The position numbers and the translations under genes are program-made. The notes beneath the pieces were generated by a model that did no database searches, was not told the DNA's origin, and saw only the letters and a list, made by a program, of their open reading frames with translations. From Verrucomicrobiota bacterium (GTDB lineage Bacteria > Verrucomicrobiota > Verrucomicrobiia > Limisphaerales > UBA1096): 64,000 bases of DNA. Shown here in pieces: positions 37,514 to 47,722 of the stretch; within the stretch, counting starts at the first letter, position 1; every line of letters starts with the position of its first letter. The stretch is from NCBI GenBank assembly GCA_036166355.1, contig JAYZHR010000137.1:47-64046 (forward strand), in the 5' to 3' direction.

Positions 37514-39522
37514 TTATAACTTCTTTGAGTCATTTTAACTTCTTCGTATACAAGGGATTCCTTGTGAAGTTGAGGGGTTTTACTCTCTCCCTTATATTCC
37601 CATGCTGAAACGAAGGAAAAATTGGTATCATTTCTTTTAGCTTCTCCTTCAGGTGTCTGGTGTTCTTCACGGAAGTGGCCTCCACATGATTCTTCACGCT
37701 GTAATGCATCACGGCACATTAATTCACCGAACTCCAGAAAGTCTGCTACCCGCCCGGCATGTTCTAAACTTTGATTTAGAGATGTATTTTCCCCCGGAAC
37801 TGAGAGGTTTTTCCAAAACTCTTTTCGTAGTTTTGGAATGGTTTTCAACGCTTCCTCTAATCCTTTTTTGTTTCGGGCCATCCCACACTTATCCCACATA
37901 ATTTGTCCAAGTTCACGGTGGAATGAAGTTGGTGTTCTTTCTCCATTTATTGAAAGTAGAGTATGAATTCGAGATTCGACATCATTCTGCACGTTAGAAA
38001 ATGCTGTATCATCAATACTGGGTCGGTCATCGATTCCACCTTCTGCCAGATACTGTCCTATTGTGTAAGGTAAAACAAAATAACCATCTGCCAATCCTTG
38101 CATCAATGCACTAGCTCCAAGTCGATTAGCGCCATGATCAGAAAAATTAGCCTCGCCGATGGCGAATAATCCAGGAAGATTGCTCATTAAATTGTAATCC
38201 ACCCAGAGTCCTCCCATTGTATAATGAACAGCAGGATAAATAGTCATAGGATTTCGATAGGCATTACTACCGGTGATCTTCTCATACATGTCGAAAAGAT
38301 TACCATAGCGCTCGCGCACAGTATTTTCACCCATTCGTTTTATGGCATCTGCAAAATCTAAATAAACTCCCAAACCCGAAGATACTACACTACGTCCTTC
38401 ATCACATACTTCCTTGGCATTTCTAGAGGCTACATCACGAGGCACAAGATTGCCGAAGCTAGGATATTTTCTTTCTAGAAAATAATCCCGATCTTTATCT
38501 TCAATATCGTTTGGTTCTAGTTCTCCTTTTCTTATTTTTTCAGCAGTTTTTTTATCTTTGGGAACCCAAACTCGTCCATCATTACGGAGCGATTCACTCA
38601 TTAATGTTAATTTGCTTTGATGATCGCCACTGACTGGAATGCATGTTGGGTGAATTTGTGTAAAACAAGGATTAGCAAAGCATGCGCCTTGCTTATAAGC
38701 CCGATAAGCTGCTGTGACATTGCATCCCATGGCATTAGTTGAAAGAAAAAAAACGTTTCCGTAGCCACCGGTTGCCAATACAACAGCATGAGCAGAGTGA
38801 CGACTGATTTCTCCGGTGATCATGTTGCGGACAATGATGCCTTTTGCATGACCATCAACAAGCACTACATCGAGCATCTCAGCACGTGTGTGCATCTCAA
38901 CCTTGCCTAGACTGATTTGTCTATTAAGCGAAGAATAAGCGCCTAAAAGTAATTGTTGTCCAGTTTGGCCCCTGGCATAGAAAGTTCTACTAACTTGTGC
39001 GCCTCCAAAAGATCTATTAGCCAGTAAGCCGCCATATTCACGTGCAAATGGAACTCCTTGTGCAGCACACTGATCAATTATGTCTACACTAACTTGAGCT
39101 AGGCGGTAAACATTTGCCTCGCGTGAACGGTAATCACCACCTTTTACTGTATCGTAGAAGAGCCGATAAACTGAGTCTCCATCATTTTGATAATTTTTTG
39201 CAGCATTTATGCCTCCTTGAGCTGCTATAGAGTGAGCTCGGCGTGGGCTGTCTTGGTAGCAAAAGCATTTAACATTATAGCCTAGTTCAGCTAATGACGC
39301 TGCAGCTGAGGCGCCAGCTAACCCGCTACCAACTACAATTACTTCATATTTCCTTTTATTAGCCGGGTTAACTAATTTGAGATTAAAACGGTGCTTGTCC
39401 CATTTTTCGCTCATTGAACCGTCTGGTATTTTGGAATCCAGAATAAGCTTTGTTGTTCGGCTACGGCTCGTTTTTTTTACGGCTTTGACCTTTGGTGATC
39501 TTTTTTTCTTTTTTGCAGCCAT
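37510..39522 (-). CDS. sdhA: succinate dehydrogenase/fumarate reductase flavoprotein subunit
   Basis: [20 protein letters not shown] motif, [12 protein letters not shown] (covalent FAD His), HYTMGG and RLGASAL motifs. It carries a Lys-rich 25-aa N-terminal extension. Confidence 0.9.
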   Translation of the reverse strand: MAAKKKKRSPKVKAVKKTSRSRTTKLILDSKIPDGSMSEKWDKHRFNLKLVNPANKRKYEVIVVGSGLAGASAAASLAELGYNVKCFCYQDSPRRAHSIAAQGGINAAKNYQNDGDSVYRLFYDTVKGGDYRSREANVYRLAQVSVDIIDQCAAQGVPFAREYGGLLANRSFGGAQVSRTFYARGQTGQQLLLGAYSSLNRQISLGKVEMHTRAEMLDVVLVDGHAKGIIVRNMITGEISRHSAHAVVLATGGYGNVFFLSTNAMGCNVTAAYRAYKQGACFANPCFTQIHPTCIPVSGDHQSKLTLMSESLRNDGRVWVPKDKKTAEKIRKGELEPNDIEDKDRDYFLERKYPSFGNLVPRDVASRNAKEVCDEGRSVVSSGLGVYLDFADAIKRMGENTVRERYGNLFDMYEKITGSNAYRNPMTIYPAVHYTMGGLWVDYNLMSNLPGLFAIGEANFSDHGANRLGASALMQGLADGYFVLPYTIGQYLAEGGIDDRPSIDDTAFSNVQNDVESRIHTLLSINGERTPTSFHRELGQIMWDKCGMARNKKGLEEALKTIPKLRKEFWKNLSVPGENTSLNQSLEHAGRVADFLEFGELMCRDALQREESCGGHFREEHQTPEGEAKRNDTNFSFVSAWEYKGESKTPQLHKESLVYEEVKMTQRSYK

Positions 39523-39523
39523 C

Positions 39524-40321
39524 TTATTTTACGAATCCAAGCATTATGCTTATGGGCACTGATACATAGCCAAGAAAAAGTAGCCAAGCTGACGTATAGG
39601 CAAAACGATTTATCAGTTTTTCGGATGGTTTTGATTTAAATCCAAGAGATTGAAACATTGCATTTAAGCCATGACTTAAGTGGATACAAAGTAATCCAAC
39701 AGAAATAATATAAAAAATCGATATCCACCAAACTCCAAACCCGGTTGTAACCATTCTATAGACATCAACTGCATTTTCTCCTTCCTTGCCTAATCCTTTA
39801 GGCAGTGGGGTTTCAAATGCACTTTGATCTTTTCCCATGTCTTTTTCGTAGACATAAAAAGTTTCGAAATCAGAGTCGGTGCCATTAATTTGTGGGACTT
39901 TCCAAGTGTAGTGAGCAAGATGGTAAAAGGCAAATGCAGCAATAATCAATCCACTATAAATCATCGTGCGTGCTGCATAGCGCGAGATAATTTTGTTCTT
40001 CCGGTATGTATCGACAGGTTGCACTGCTCCTTCATATTGGACTTGTCGTGCATGTTTATTTTCAGAAGCTAATTTAATAGCTGACCAAATATGAACCGCC
40101 GCCATTGTAAGTAGACCGAGTCTGGCAACCCAAAGAAGAGGGCCCATACTATGTAACTTTGCTGCGTATTGGTTAATTGCTGCAGGTCCTGCAAAGATTG
40201 TTAAGTTTCCTAGCATATGAACGACAACAAAACCGAACAGGCCCGCCCCCGAGAGTGCCATTAGATATTTTCGTCCGAGCGATGTGCCGAAAATGTTGCT
40301 TATCAGGGACATAAAATGCAA
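39524..40321 (-). CDS. sdhC: succinate dehydrogenase cytochrome b (b558-type) membrane subunit
   Basis: Sits directly upstream of sdhA and has 5 TM helices with conserved His residues ([29 protein letters not shown]), typical of type B Sdh/Frd anchors. Confidence 0.8.
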   Translation of the reverse strand: MHFMSLISNIFGTSLGRKYLMALSGAGLFGFVVVHMLGNLTIFAGPAAINQYAAKLHSMGPLLWVARLGLLTMAAVHIWSAIKLASENKHARQVQYEGAVQPVDTYRKNKIISRYAARTMIYSGLIIAAFAFYHLAHYTWKVPQINGTDSDFETFYVYEKDMGKDQSAFETPLPKGLGKEGENAVDVYRMVTTGFGVWWISIFYIISVGLLCIHLSHGLNAMFQSLGFKSKPSEKLINRFAYTSAWLLFLGYVSVPISIMLGFVK

Positions 40322-40405
40322 AAAAGCTCAAAGAATATACTATGCTAATGGTGTTTTCGTCGAGCGAAACGTTGCGCTTGGGCAAAATGAGGGGAGAAGT
40401 TACTT

Positions 40406-42775
40406 TTGGGCAAGCGCATGAATCGTTATGTCTCAATAAGTGTAGTATTTATTTTGTTGCTGGTCTTGGCTGCATGTCATTCACCGGCATCTCATAAAGC
40501 AAAAATACCTGCTAATGTAAAAGCAGTCAAAACGGAGCCCGTGTCTTCAGTGTTTCGTTTGGATAAGCTGGAGGAAATCGATGCAGCTATTTTTCAGGCC
40601 ATTGATGACGGAAAGGCGCCAGGAGCTGTGCTGCGAATTGAAAACAGCGATGCCGTTTATAGAAAGGTGTTTGGACTAAAAAGTATCGAGCCAGAAAAAT
40701 TATCAATGAAGTATGAAACGATTTTTGATGCTGCGTCATTAACGAAGGTAATTGCTACTGCGCCCTCGGTAGCTTTGTTAATTGAGAGAGGTCAGATTGG
40801 GCTCGATGATAAAGTGAATGAGTGGATACCGGGATTTAATAAAAACGGAAAAGGTGCCATTACAGTGCGTCATTTGCTGACACATACATCGGGATTAAAG
40901 CCAGGACTTTCATTGCGCTCAGAATGGAAGGGGGATGAGGCAGCTATTGAGAAAGCTAAGGCGGAGTCTATTACTTCACAGCCCAATACGAAATTTGTTT
41001 ATAGCGATATAAACTTCATTTTGCTTGGTGAAATAGTACGACTAGCTTCTGGTAAGAGGCTAGATGACTTTGCTAGCGAAAATATATTCAAACCATTAGG
41101 GATGGTTGATACTGGATTTCTTCCATCTTCAAAGGATCGTGTTCGAATTGTTCCAACTGAACGGGTAGATGGGGTTATCTTACATGGAGAGGTGCATGAT
41201 CCAACTGCAAGAAGAATGGGAGGTGTTGCTGGTCACGCCGGTTTATTTACTACTGCCAAAGATCTCGGAATATTCGCAAGAATGATGCTACAGGAAGGTA
41301 GTTACAAGGGGCGTCGTGTATTTAAAAAAGAAACTATCAAATTAATGATAACATCGCATTCCCCATCTGCTATGAAGATAAAGCGAGGTTTAGGCTGGGA
41401 TATATCTTCCCCGTATTCAAGTCCAAGGGGTAATCATTTTGGTTTAGGCAGTTATGGACATACGGGTTGGACTGGTTGCTCAATTTGGATAGACCCTGTT
41501 ACAGGTACATCCGTGATTCTAATGACCAGTCGAACACACCCCGACGGTCGGGGTAACGTAATTGCTCTTCGGCGAAAAGTAGCGACGCTCGCTGCTGAGG
41601 CGTTGAGGGGGTTTTCTTTTGGCAGTGATAGTTCACCGTCGGCAGCTGGCAAGACTGTTTTTAACGGAGCTGATGTACTTCGCTTGCGTCCGGAGCTGTT
41701 GGTTAAGGGTAGTCGGGTGGGATTGATTACCAATCACACAGGTCACGATCGTAATCGTAATTCGACGCTTGATTTTTTATTGAAAACGGATCTTGTTCAA
41801 CTCAAGGCACTGTTCAGTCCTGAGCATGGATTATATGGTAAACTTGATGAGAAAGTCAGTGACAGCACTGATAAGGAATCCGGTTTAAAAATATTCAGTC
41901 TGTACGGTGAGAACCGCAAACCAACACAGTCACAACTTGCAGGGCTCGATGTATTGATCTTCGACATACAGGACATCGGTTGTCGGTTTTATACCTACAT
42001 TTCGACGATGGGCTTAGCTATGGAGGCGGCTGCCGAAGCTAAATTGACATTTATTGTTCTTGATAGAGTAAATCCCATCGGTGCCACTGAGGTGGAGGGA
42101 CCATTGCGGCTTGGTCCAACTGACTTCATTGCATTCCACGAAATTCCGGTTCGGCACGGAATGACAGTTGGTGAGTTGGCGCATATGTTCAACAAGGAGC
42201 GTGGCTACAATGTGAATTTGCGTGTTGTTAAAATCGAAAACTGGTCGAGGGAGCAGGCCTTTGATAAGACCAGTCAGCCTTGGACAAACCCTTCGCCCAA
42301 CATGCGAAATCTTACCCAAGCGATGCTGTATCCCGGTATCGGCCTGTTGGAGACGGCGCTTTCAGTGGGGCGTGGAACGGATACCCCTTTCGAAGTAATC
42401 GGCGCTCCGTATATTGATGATGTACTCTTGGCTAAACGGCTAAATGCTCTTAAAAAATCGGGTGTGACCTTTGTGCCGATTCGTTTTACTCCTGACTACA
42501 GCGTGCATAAGGATGAGTCGTGCGGAGGGGTAAATATCATTATTACGGATCTGGAATCGTTGAAGCCGGTCGCACTTGGCATCGATATTGCCCGTGTGCT
42601 GTATGCGATGTATCCCAAGAAATTTCCTTTATCCAAGGTCGATCGTTTGCTTTGTCACCCACCGACCATTGAGGCAATACGCCAAGGAAAAACCATTCAA
42701 CAGATCGAGATGATTTGGCAGTCGGGCTTGGTCAAGTTCAAGAAACGCCGTACTGAGTTTTTACTTTACGACTGA
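40406..42775 (+). CDS. fusion lipoprotein: N-terminal beta-lactamase-fold serine hydrolase (AmiE/PBP4*-like) plus C-terminal DUF1343 (exo-beta-N-acetylmuramidase NamZ-like)
   Basis: Lipobox LLVLAA|C. The SxxK motif ASLTKV, YSD (YSDINF) and HTGWTG motifs mark the beta-lactamase fold. The DUF1343 half carries GSRVGLITNHTGHDRN, LFSPEHGLYG, FDIQDIGCRFYTYIST, VLDRVNP and WTNPSPNM. Confidence 0.8.
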   Translation: MGKRMNRYVSISVVFILLLVLAACHSPASHKAKIPANVKAVKTEPVSSVFRLDKLEEIDAAIFQAIDDGKAPGAVLRIENSDAVYRKVFGLKSIEPEKLSMKYETIFDAASLTKVIATAPSVALLIERGQIGLDDKVNEWIPGFNKNGKGAITVRHLLTHTSGLKPGLSLRSEWKGDEAAIEKAKAESITSQPNTKFVYSDINFILLGEIVRLASGKRLDDFASENIFKPLGMVDTGFLPSSKDRVRIVPTERVDGVILHGEVHDPTARRMGGVAGHAGLFTTAKDLGIFARMMLQEGSYKGRRVFKKETIKLMITSHSPSAMKIKRGLGWDISSPYSSPRGNHFGLGSYGHTGWTGCSIWIDPVTGTSVILMTSRTHPDGRGNVIALRRKVATLAAEALRGFSFGSDSSPSAAGKTVFNGADVLRLRPELLVKGSRVGLITNHTGHDRNRNSTLDFLLKTDLVQLKALFSPEHGLYGKLDEKVSDSTDKESGLKIFSLYGENRKPTQSQLAGLDVLIFDIQDIGCRFYTYISTMGLAMEAAAEAKLTFIVLDRVNPIGATEVEGPLRLGPTDFIAFHEIPVRHGMTVGELAHMFNKERGYNVNLRVVKIENWSREQAFDKTSQPWTNPSPNMRNLTQAMLYPGIGLLETALSVGRGTDTPFEVIGAPYIDDVLLAKRLNALKKSGVTFVPIRFTPDYSVHKDESCGGVNIIITDLESLKPVALGIDIARVLYAMYPKKFPLSKVDRLLCHPPTIEAIRQGKTIQQIEMIWQSGLVKFKKRRTEFLLYD

Positions 42776-43443
42776 CCTTTTTGACGAACTTCTTTTTGAC
42801 GGAGATTTTTTTCCTGCCTCTTAGTTTCGGCTCGGAGCAATGCCTCAGGCTGCCATCCTCTATGTTGAGCATATTCGGCTAAGGCAAACAACTCACGACT
42901 GAGGCTGGCTTTTGTATATTGCTGTTTAGACGGCTTGCCCAATTGTTTGTCGGCGAGCCCGTTTTTACGGGCCTTTTTTATGAGTTTCTCGGCGCGCTGT
43001 AGCGAAGGGAGATGATTCGGGATGCCGTCCAGTGCAGAGGATCGCTCGTGCTGGGTTCCCTTTTTTTCCTCATGCTTTATTTTCTCCCACTGTGCCCAGA
43101 CGGCGTCGACGTTGTCTGCATCTGAGTTTCCGAATACATGCGGGTGGCGTCGAATGAGTTTGTCGGTAATTGTGCGAGCAGCTTTTTCAAAATCGAATGC
43201 TTTTCGCTCCTTTGCAAGTTGGCAATGGAAAACCACTTGCAACAATAGGTCGCCGCATTCTTCAAGCATCTCATGGTCGTCCTCCGATTCGATTGCATCG
43301 ATTAGCTCGTAAACTTCCTCGACAGCATGGAAGCGGATCGATTTGTGATCTTGCTCACGATCCCACGGGCAGCCGTTTGGGCTGCGCAGCCGTGCCATTA
43401 CTTCGATTAGATCGTCGATTGCTGTTTTTCTTTTTGCTGCCAT
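42766..43443 (-). CDS. mazG: nucleoside triphosphate pyrophosphohydrolase MazG
   Basis: AIDDLIEVMARLRSPNGCPWDREQDHKSI, EEVYELIDAIE, EECGDLLLQVVFH and LIRRHPHVFG. ATG 43443 lies 1 nt after the proB stop; the track start 43476 would overlap proB. Confidence 0.85.
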   Translation of the reverse strand: MAAKRKTAIDDLIEVMARLRSPNGCPWDREQDHKSIRFHAVEEVYELIDAIESEDDHEMLEECGDLLLQVVFHCQLAKERKAFDFEKAARTITDKLIRRHPHVFGNSDADNVDAVWAQWEKIKHEEKKGTQHERSSALDGIPNHLPSLQRAEKLIKKARKNGLADKQLGKPSKQQYTKASLSRELFALAEYAQHRGWQPEALLRAETKRQEKNLRQKEVRQKGQS

Positions 43444-43444
43444 T

Positions 43445-44521
43445 TTAGAGAATGACAAGATCGTCACGATGAACAATTTCCACGCCCTTCAGTTTTTTAG
43501 CACGGATCTCATTGGCATCGTAACGGCTGATGCCACGAGAGAACTCTGTTCCGTCGAGGTCACAAATACGGACAACGTCTCCCTTAGCAAATTCGCCTAT
43601 GCACTTTGAAACGCCTGGTGGCAATAAGCTTTTACCCTTGTCACGGAGCGCATTCCGGGCGCCATCGTCCACCCATAATGATCCTTTAGGATGATGGAAA
43701 AATGCAATCCAACGTTTGCGTCCCTTGAGTTTCCCGGCTTGAGGAATAAAGAACGTTCCTTCTTCCTTTCCGTTGATAATATTGGATATGACTCGCTTTT
43801 TTTTGCCGGAAGCAATTACAAGAGGGATACCAGTGCGGGCAGTCATTTTGGCAGCTCGAATCTTAGCGTCCATGCCTCCGACTGCGGTTGTACTTAGAGT
43901 TCCTCCAGCAAGTTTTTGAATCTTTGCATCGACTTTTTCCACAGTAGGAATTGTTTGTGGGTTTTTCTTTCCAAAATTTTCTACTAAGCCATCGACTGTC
44001 GTGAGAATGATCAACAGGTCTGCAGGAAGTAGGCAAGCAACCAGTGATGCCAGCCAATCGTTGTCACCAAACTTCAATTCGGTGTAGCTGACGGCATCGT
44101 TCTCATTAATGATCGGTACGACACCTTTTGCCAGTAGAGAGACCAAAGTGTTGCGGGCGTTAAGATGACGATCCTTATCTTCAAGATCATCGTGAGTAAG
44201 AAGTACTTGAGCTACCTGAAGATCGTGAATCGCGAACAATTCTGAGTAAGTCGACATCAACGCCGACTGTCCGACAGCGGCGCAGGCTTGAAGATCCGAG
44301 AGGTCGGTTGGTCTCTTGTCCATGTTTAACACACCCATGCCAGCTCCCACAGCACCGGAGGACACTATAATGACTTCACGTCCGGCTTTGTGTTGGGCTG
44401 CAACCTGACTGACCAGTTGCTCAATCTGGCTAGGATCAATCTGCTTACTGCGGTTGGTTAGGATACCGGTACCAAACTTGACTACCACGCGGCTGGTTTC
44501 TTTTAGCAAATTTCGCTCCAT
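43445..44521 (-). CDS. proB: glutamate 5-kinase (with C-terminal PUA domain)
   Basis: VVKFGTGILT, IIVSSGAVGAG, FGDNDWLA, GGMDAKIRAA and a C-terminal PUA segment (LWVDDGARNAL...GDVVRI). Confidence 0.9.
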   Translation of the reverse strand: MERNLLKETSRVVVKFGTGILTNRSKQIDPSQIEQLVSQVAAQHKAGREVIIVSSGAVGAGMGVLNMDKRPTDLSDLQACAAVGQSALMSTYSELFAIHDLQVAQVLLTHDDLEDKDRHLNARNTLVSLLAKGVVPIINENDAVSYTELKFGDNDWLASLVACLLPADLLIILTTVDGLVENFGKKNPQTIPTVEKVDAKIQKLAGGTLSTTAVGGMDAKIRAAKMTARTGIPLVIASGKKKRVISNIINGKEEGTFFIPQAGKLKGRKRWIAFFHHPKGSLWVDDGARNALRDKGKSLLPPGVSKCIGEFAKGDVVRICDLDGTEFSRGISRYDANEIRAKKLKGVEIVHRDDLVIL

Positions 44522-44669
44522 TTAACGGGACTTGGGCTAATGGTATCTGGCTCGGTTAGCAAGCAAAACTAATCATTCAATTGTTAAATTAGGTTGTAAG
44601 AGAAAGGTTGCTCGTCTCCTCTGGCTGCCTAAACTCTGCTTTCCGGATTCGTAGCTAATTATTAATTAT

Positions 44670-45977
44670 ATGAAAAACTTAACATTTCTTACCTTTTTAG
44701 GAGTTTCCCTAACTGTCATGCCTTCGATTAAGGCTGACTGGCTGCAATGGCGTGGTCCAAATGGGCAGGGAGTTGTATATGAGTCCAAAGTTCCCACTGA
44801 ATGGAGTGAAACCAAAAATATTGCCTGGAGATCAGAATTACCTGGGCGTGGGTGGTCATCTCCATTGATAATTGGGAATAATATTTGGGTTACAGCTGCT
44901 CACGAAACAAAAGCATCTGAGGAACAAACTAAGGAGCGGTTAAAAGCAAATACGGGTGGGCAGCCTTTGGTTGTACTATCAGAACTGCGAATTCACGCAA
45001 TCTGTATCGATAAAGAATCTGGAAAAATCATAAAAGACGTTGAAATTTTACGAAAAAAGGATCCACAGTGGATTCATAAGACTAATAGTTATGCATCTCC
45101 TACTCCCATAATTGAGAATGGCAGGATGTACATTCAAAAAGGTTCATATGGTTCTGCTTGTTTGGATCTTAAGTCTGGTAAGGTGCTTTGGCGAAATCAG
45201 GATTTATGGGTAATGCATGAGAATGGTCCGGGAGGTTCCCCGTTAATTTGGAATGACTTACTAATTTTTCATATGGACGGTAGTGACAATCAATTTATCG
45301 TTGCAATAGATAAAAATACAGGAAAAGTAATGTGGAAGACGAAAAGATCCGGTAAAATGCATGATAATCCACAATTAAAGAAGGCTTATGGGACGCCAGT
45401 TATAGCTAAATTACATGGACAGGATGTCGTTATATCGCCTGCAGCTAATTGGGTTTACGGATATAATCCAGCGACAGGCGATGAATTATGGAAGCTCGAA
45501 TATGGTTCTTTGGGTTTTTCTATTGTTCCAAAACCAGTCATTGGGGATGGAATGATCTACATAGGTACCAGTTATATGAGGCCGCAGATGTTGGGAATTG
45601 ATGTTTCTAATGCTGAACCGAAGATTGCATGGTCCTGTAAAAGAAGTGTTCCTGCTATTTCATCGCCAATATTAATTGGCAAAGAGCTCTATTTTGTCAG
45701 TGATTCAGGAGGAATGGTGACTTGCTTGGACGCAAAGACCGGTGAACAGCAATGGCGTGAGCGAATTGGAGGAAATCACGGTTCTTCTCCTGTATTTGTT
45801 GGTGGGCGGATTTTGTTCCATAGTAAGGAAGGAGAAACCGTTGCATTGAAACCTGGTCGAGAGTTCAGAATTTTGGCTCGTAACAAATTGAATGGAGAGC
45901 ACCACGCTAGTGCTGCTGTTAGTGGTAATGCCTTATTTCTACGAACCGAAAAAGCCCTATATAAGATTTCTGAGTAG
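44670..45977 (+). CDS. PQQ-like beta-propeller repeat protein, secreted
   Basis: Signal peptide, then DWLQWRGPNGQGV and repeated G..LW/G..MW/G.ELW/G.QQW blade motifs typical of PQQ_2/BamB-like propellers. Confidence 0.75.
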   Translation: MKNLTFLTFLGVSLTVMPSIKADWLQWRGPNGQGVVYESKVPTEWSETKNIAWRSELPGRGWSSPLIIGNNIWVTAAHETKASEEQTKERLKANTGGQPLVVLSELRIHAICIDKESGKIIKDVEILRKKDPQWIHKTNSYASPTPIIENGRMYIQKGSYGSACLDLKSGKVLWRNQDLWVMHENGPGGSPLIWNDLLIFHMDGSDNQFIVAIDKNTGKVMWKTKRSGKMHDNPQLKKAYGTPVIAKLHGQDVVISPAANWVYGYNPATGDELWKLEYGSLGFSIVPKPVIGDGMIYIGTSYMRPQMLGIDVSNAEPKIAWSCKRSVPAISSPILIGKELYFVSDSGGMVTCLDAKTGEQQWRERIGGNHGSSPVFVGGRILFHSKEGETVALKPGREFRILARNKLNGEHHASAAVSGNALFLRTEKALYKISE

Positions 45978-46191
45978 TTTCAATATTGAGATTATTTTGA
46001 CAGGAGGGTGTTTGTTAAAAAATTTAATTATTCTATTTTGTAATAAGTGGCTTAGGTGGGGCTTGCTTTTATTGAGCTTGAGAGTAGAAAGTGGCTGACC
46101 CCTTGATTTGTGCATCGCCTGCTTGTGCTTGAGATTGGTTATATGCCTAGGCTGGTCATTTGAATTTGTTTCAATCTTTGAATTAATAGAA

Positions 46192-46917
46192 ATGAATAAG
46201 ACAAAGTATAGTCGAGGTTTTACATTGATCGAGCTTTTGGTTGTAATAGCAATTATAGCTATCCTTGCTGGCCTTTTATTAACTGCATTATCAAAAGCAA
46301 AAGCCAGGGCGCATGCCACTTCTTGTATGAATAATCTTAAGCAGGTAGGCCTAGGTATGCTGATGCATGCGGATGATAAAGATGATATGATTCCAAGGGG
46401 TAATGCTAAGCGTTGGTGGTTTGAGTTTATGCCTTATATTCCAGAAGGTGGTACAGAAACAGATTTTCGCAACATTAAGATTTTTATGTGTGCTAGTTAT
46501 CCCATACCAAAGCGAACCCCAAATCGGAGGCAGGTAATAACCTATGTTGTAAATGCTTGGAAGTTTCGTTCGGTTAGTGACTATTTAGGATACGAACATA
46601 TGGGGTTAAGCAAAATTACGGATTTTAACTCACCAACAGATTCTGCCTATTTGTTAGACAATGAAGATGGCATTACTAATCCGGGGATCAATAGACCTAT
46701 TATCACGGGATTTGCGGATATGAGAACAGATCTGAATGATGTTTGGGCGCCTAGTCATTTACCTTATGGCTCGAGTGGAAAGCGATTAAGCTCAGATCGT
46801 CGTATTGCTGCCAACCGACATAGTGAAGGTTCAAATATCTTGTTCCTCGATGGACATGTTGGGTTTCGAAAGGCGAATATGATTGATATCGATTTGTTCC
46901 GGGAAAAGAAACCGTAA
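46192..46917 (+). CDS. prepilin-type N-terminal cleavage/methylation protein with HX9DG motif (DUF1559-like), tandem paralog 1
   Basis: MNKTKYSRG|[21 protein letters not shown] and C-terminal [14 protein letters not shown] (H-x9-DG). The track ORF start 46108 adds an implausible N-terminal extension. Confidence 0.85.
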   Translation: MNKTKYSRGFTLIELLVVIAIIAILAGLLLTALSKAKARAHATSCMNNLKQVGLGMLMHADDKDDMIPRGNAKRWWFEFMPYIPEGGTETDFRNIKIFMCASYPIPKRTPNRRQVITYVVNAWKFRSVSDYLGYEHMGLSKITDFNSPTDSAYLLDNEDGITNPGINRPIITGFADMRTDLNDVWAPSHLPYGSSGKRLSSDRRIAANRHSEGSNILFLDGHVGFRKANMIDIDLFREKKP

Positions 46918-46925
46918 AAAAGCTT

Positions 46926-47645
46926 ATGTTTGTTTGGAGTAAAAAATCAATTCAAGGATTTACTCTTATCGAACTACTTGTGGTGATAGCCATAATTGCA
47001 ATACTTGCTGGGCTTTTATTGCCGGCTCTTGCTAAGGCCAAAGAAAAGGGGCGTGCCACGATTTGCATGAATAATCTGAAGCAAGTTGGTTTAGCAACTA
47101 TTCTTCATGCTGATGATAATGATGATATGATTCCTCGAGGAGATGCAGAGAGATGGTATTTGGTTTTGATGAAGTATTTACCTGAAGGAGGAACAAAAAA
47201 AGATTATCGAAATATTAAGATTTTTAGATGTCCAAGTTATCCTAAACCAAAGAAGAGGCAAAAACCTCAGGTCATCACTTATACCGTTAATGCCTGGCGA
47301 TTTAGAAGTACTTACGATACAGTCGGATATCAGCAGGTTGGTCCTAGTAAGATCACTAATTTTAAGGAACCGTCCAATTCGGTTTATGTTGGCGATAGTT
47401 CGTTTGGGTCGTGGCGACCTATTATTACTGGTTTGAATGATCCGAACAACAACACTTGGTTGAACGATGTTTGGAGGCCAAGTCATCTTCCTTTTGGCCC
47501 AACCGGAAAAGTTTTAAGTATGGACCGTCGCATTGCGGCTAAGCGCCACAATAATGGTGCTAATCTAGTATATCTAGATGGCCATGCTGGTTTCCTTAAA
47601 AGCAACCAAATAACTATCGACCTTTTTCGTGAGAAAAAGCCATAA
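46926..47645 (+). CDS. prepilin-type N-terminal cleavage/methylation protein with HX9DG motif (DUF1559-like), tandem paralog 2
   Basis: SIQG|[24 protein letters not shown] and [14 protein letters not shown]. It is collinear with the preceding gene over its full length, including the identical C-terminus IDLFREKKP. Confidence 0.85.
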   Translation: MFVWSKKSIQGFTLIELLVVIAIIAILAGLLLPALAKAKEKGRATICMNNLKQVGLATILHADDNDDMIPRGDAERWYLVLMKYLPEGGTKKDYRNIKIFRCPSYPKPKKRQKPQVITYTVNAWRFRSTYDTVGYQQVGPSKITNFKEPSNSVYVGDSSFGSWRPIITGLNDPNNNTWLNDVWRPSHLPFGPTGKVLSMDRRIAAKRHNNGANLVYLDGHAGFLKSNQITIDLFREKKP

Positions 47646-47722
47646 CTTAATTAAAGGAGTAATTCAGTTTTTAAGGAGCGATTCGATCTAGTTACGATCG
47701 TGTTTCGCTTTCTAAATTAAAC

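Noticed and set aside
39445-39522. Lys-rich terminal tails: SdhA N-terminus [25 protein letters not shown], LeuA C-terminus SNKRRKKTAKKKAKGQP (about 57932-57985) and the MazG termini
   Set aside because: These are real in the sequence and possibly lineage-typical low-complexity extensions. The sdhA ATG is tightly placed 1 nt after the sdhC stop. I have no evidence of specific function, and they could partly reflect AT-biased composition.
46108-46191. Upstream extension of the first tandem HX9DG gene ([18 protein letters not shown]...)
   Set aside because: Prepilin-type signals have short leaders before G|FTLIELL. ATG 46192 gives MNKTKYSRG|FTLIELL, like the paralog, so the extension is most likely non-coding.
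47677-47709. Hairpin after the second tandem HX9DG gene (AGCGA..CGATC-loop-GATCG..TCGCT)
   Set aside because: The two-part stem has an internal loop and only a TT follows it, with no proper U-tract. This is too weak to call an intrinsic terminator.
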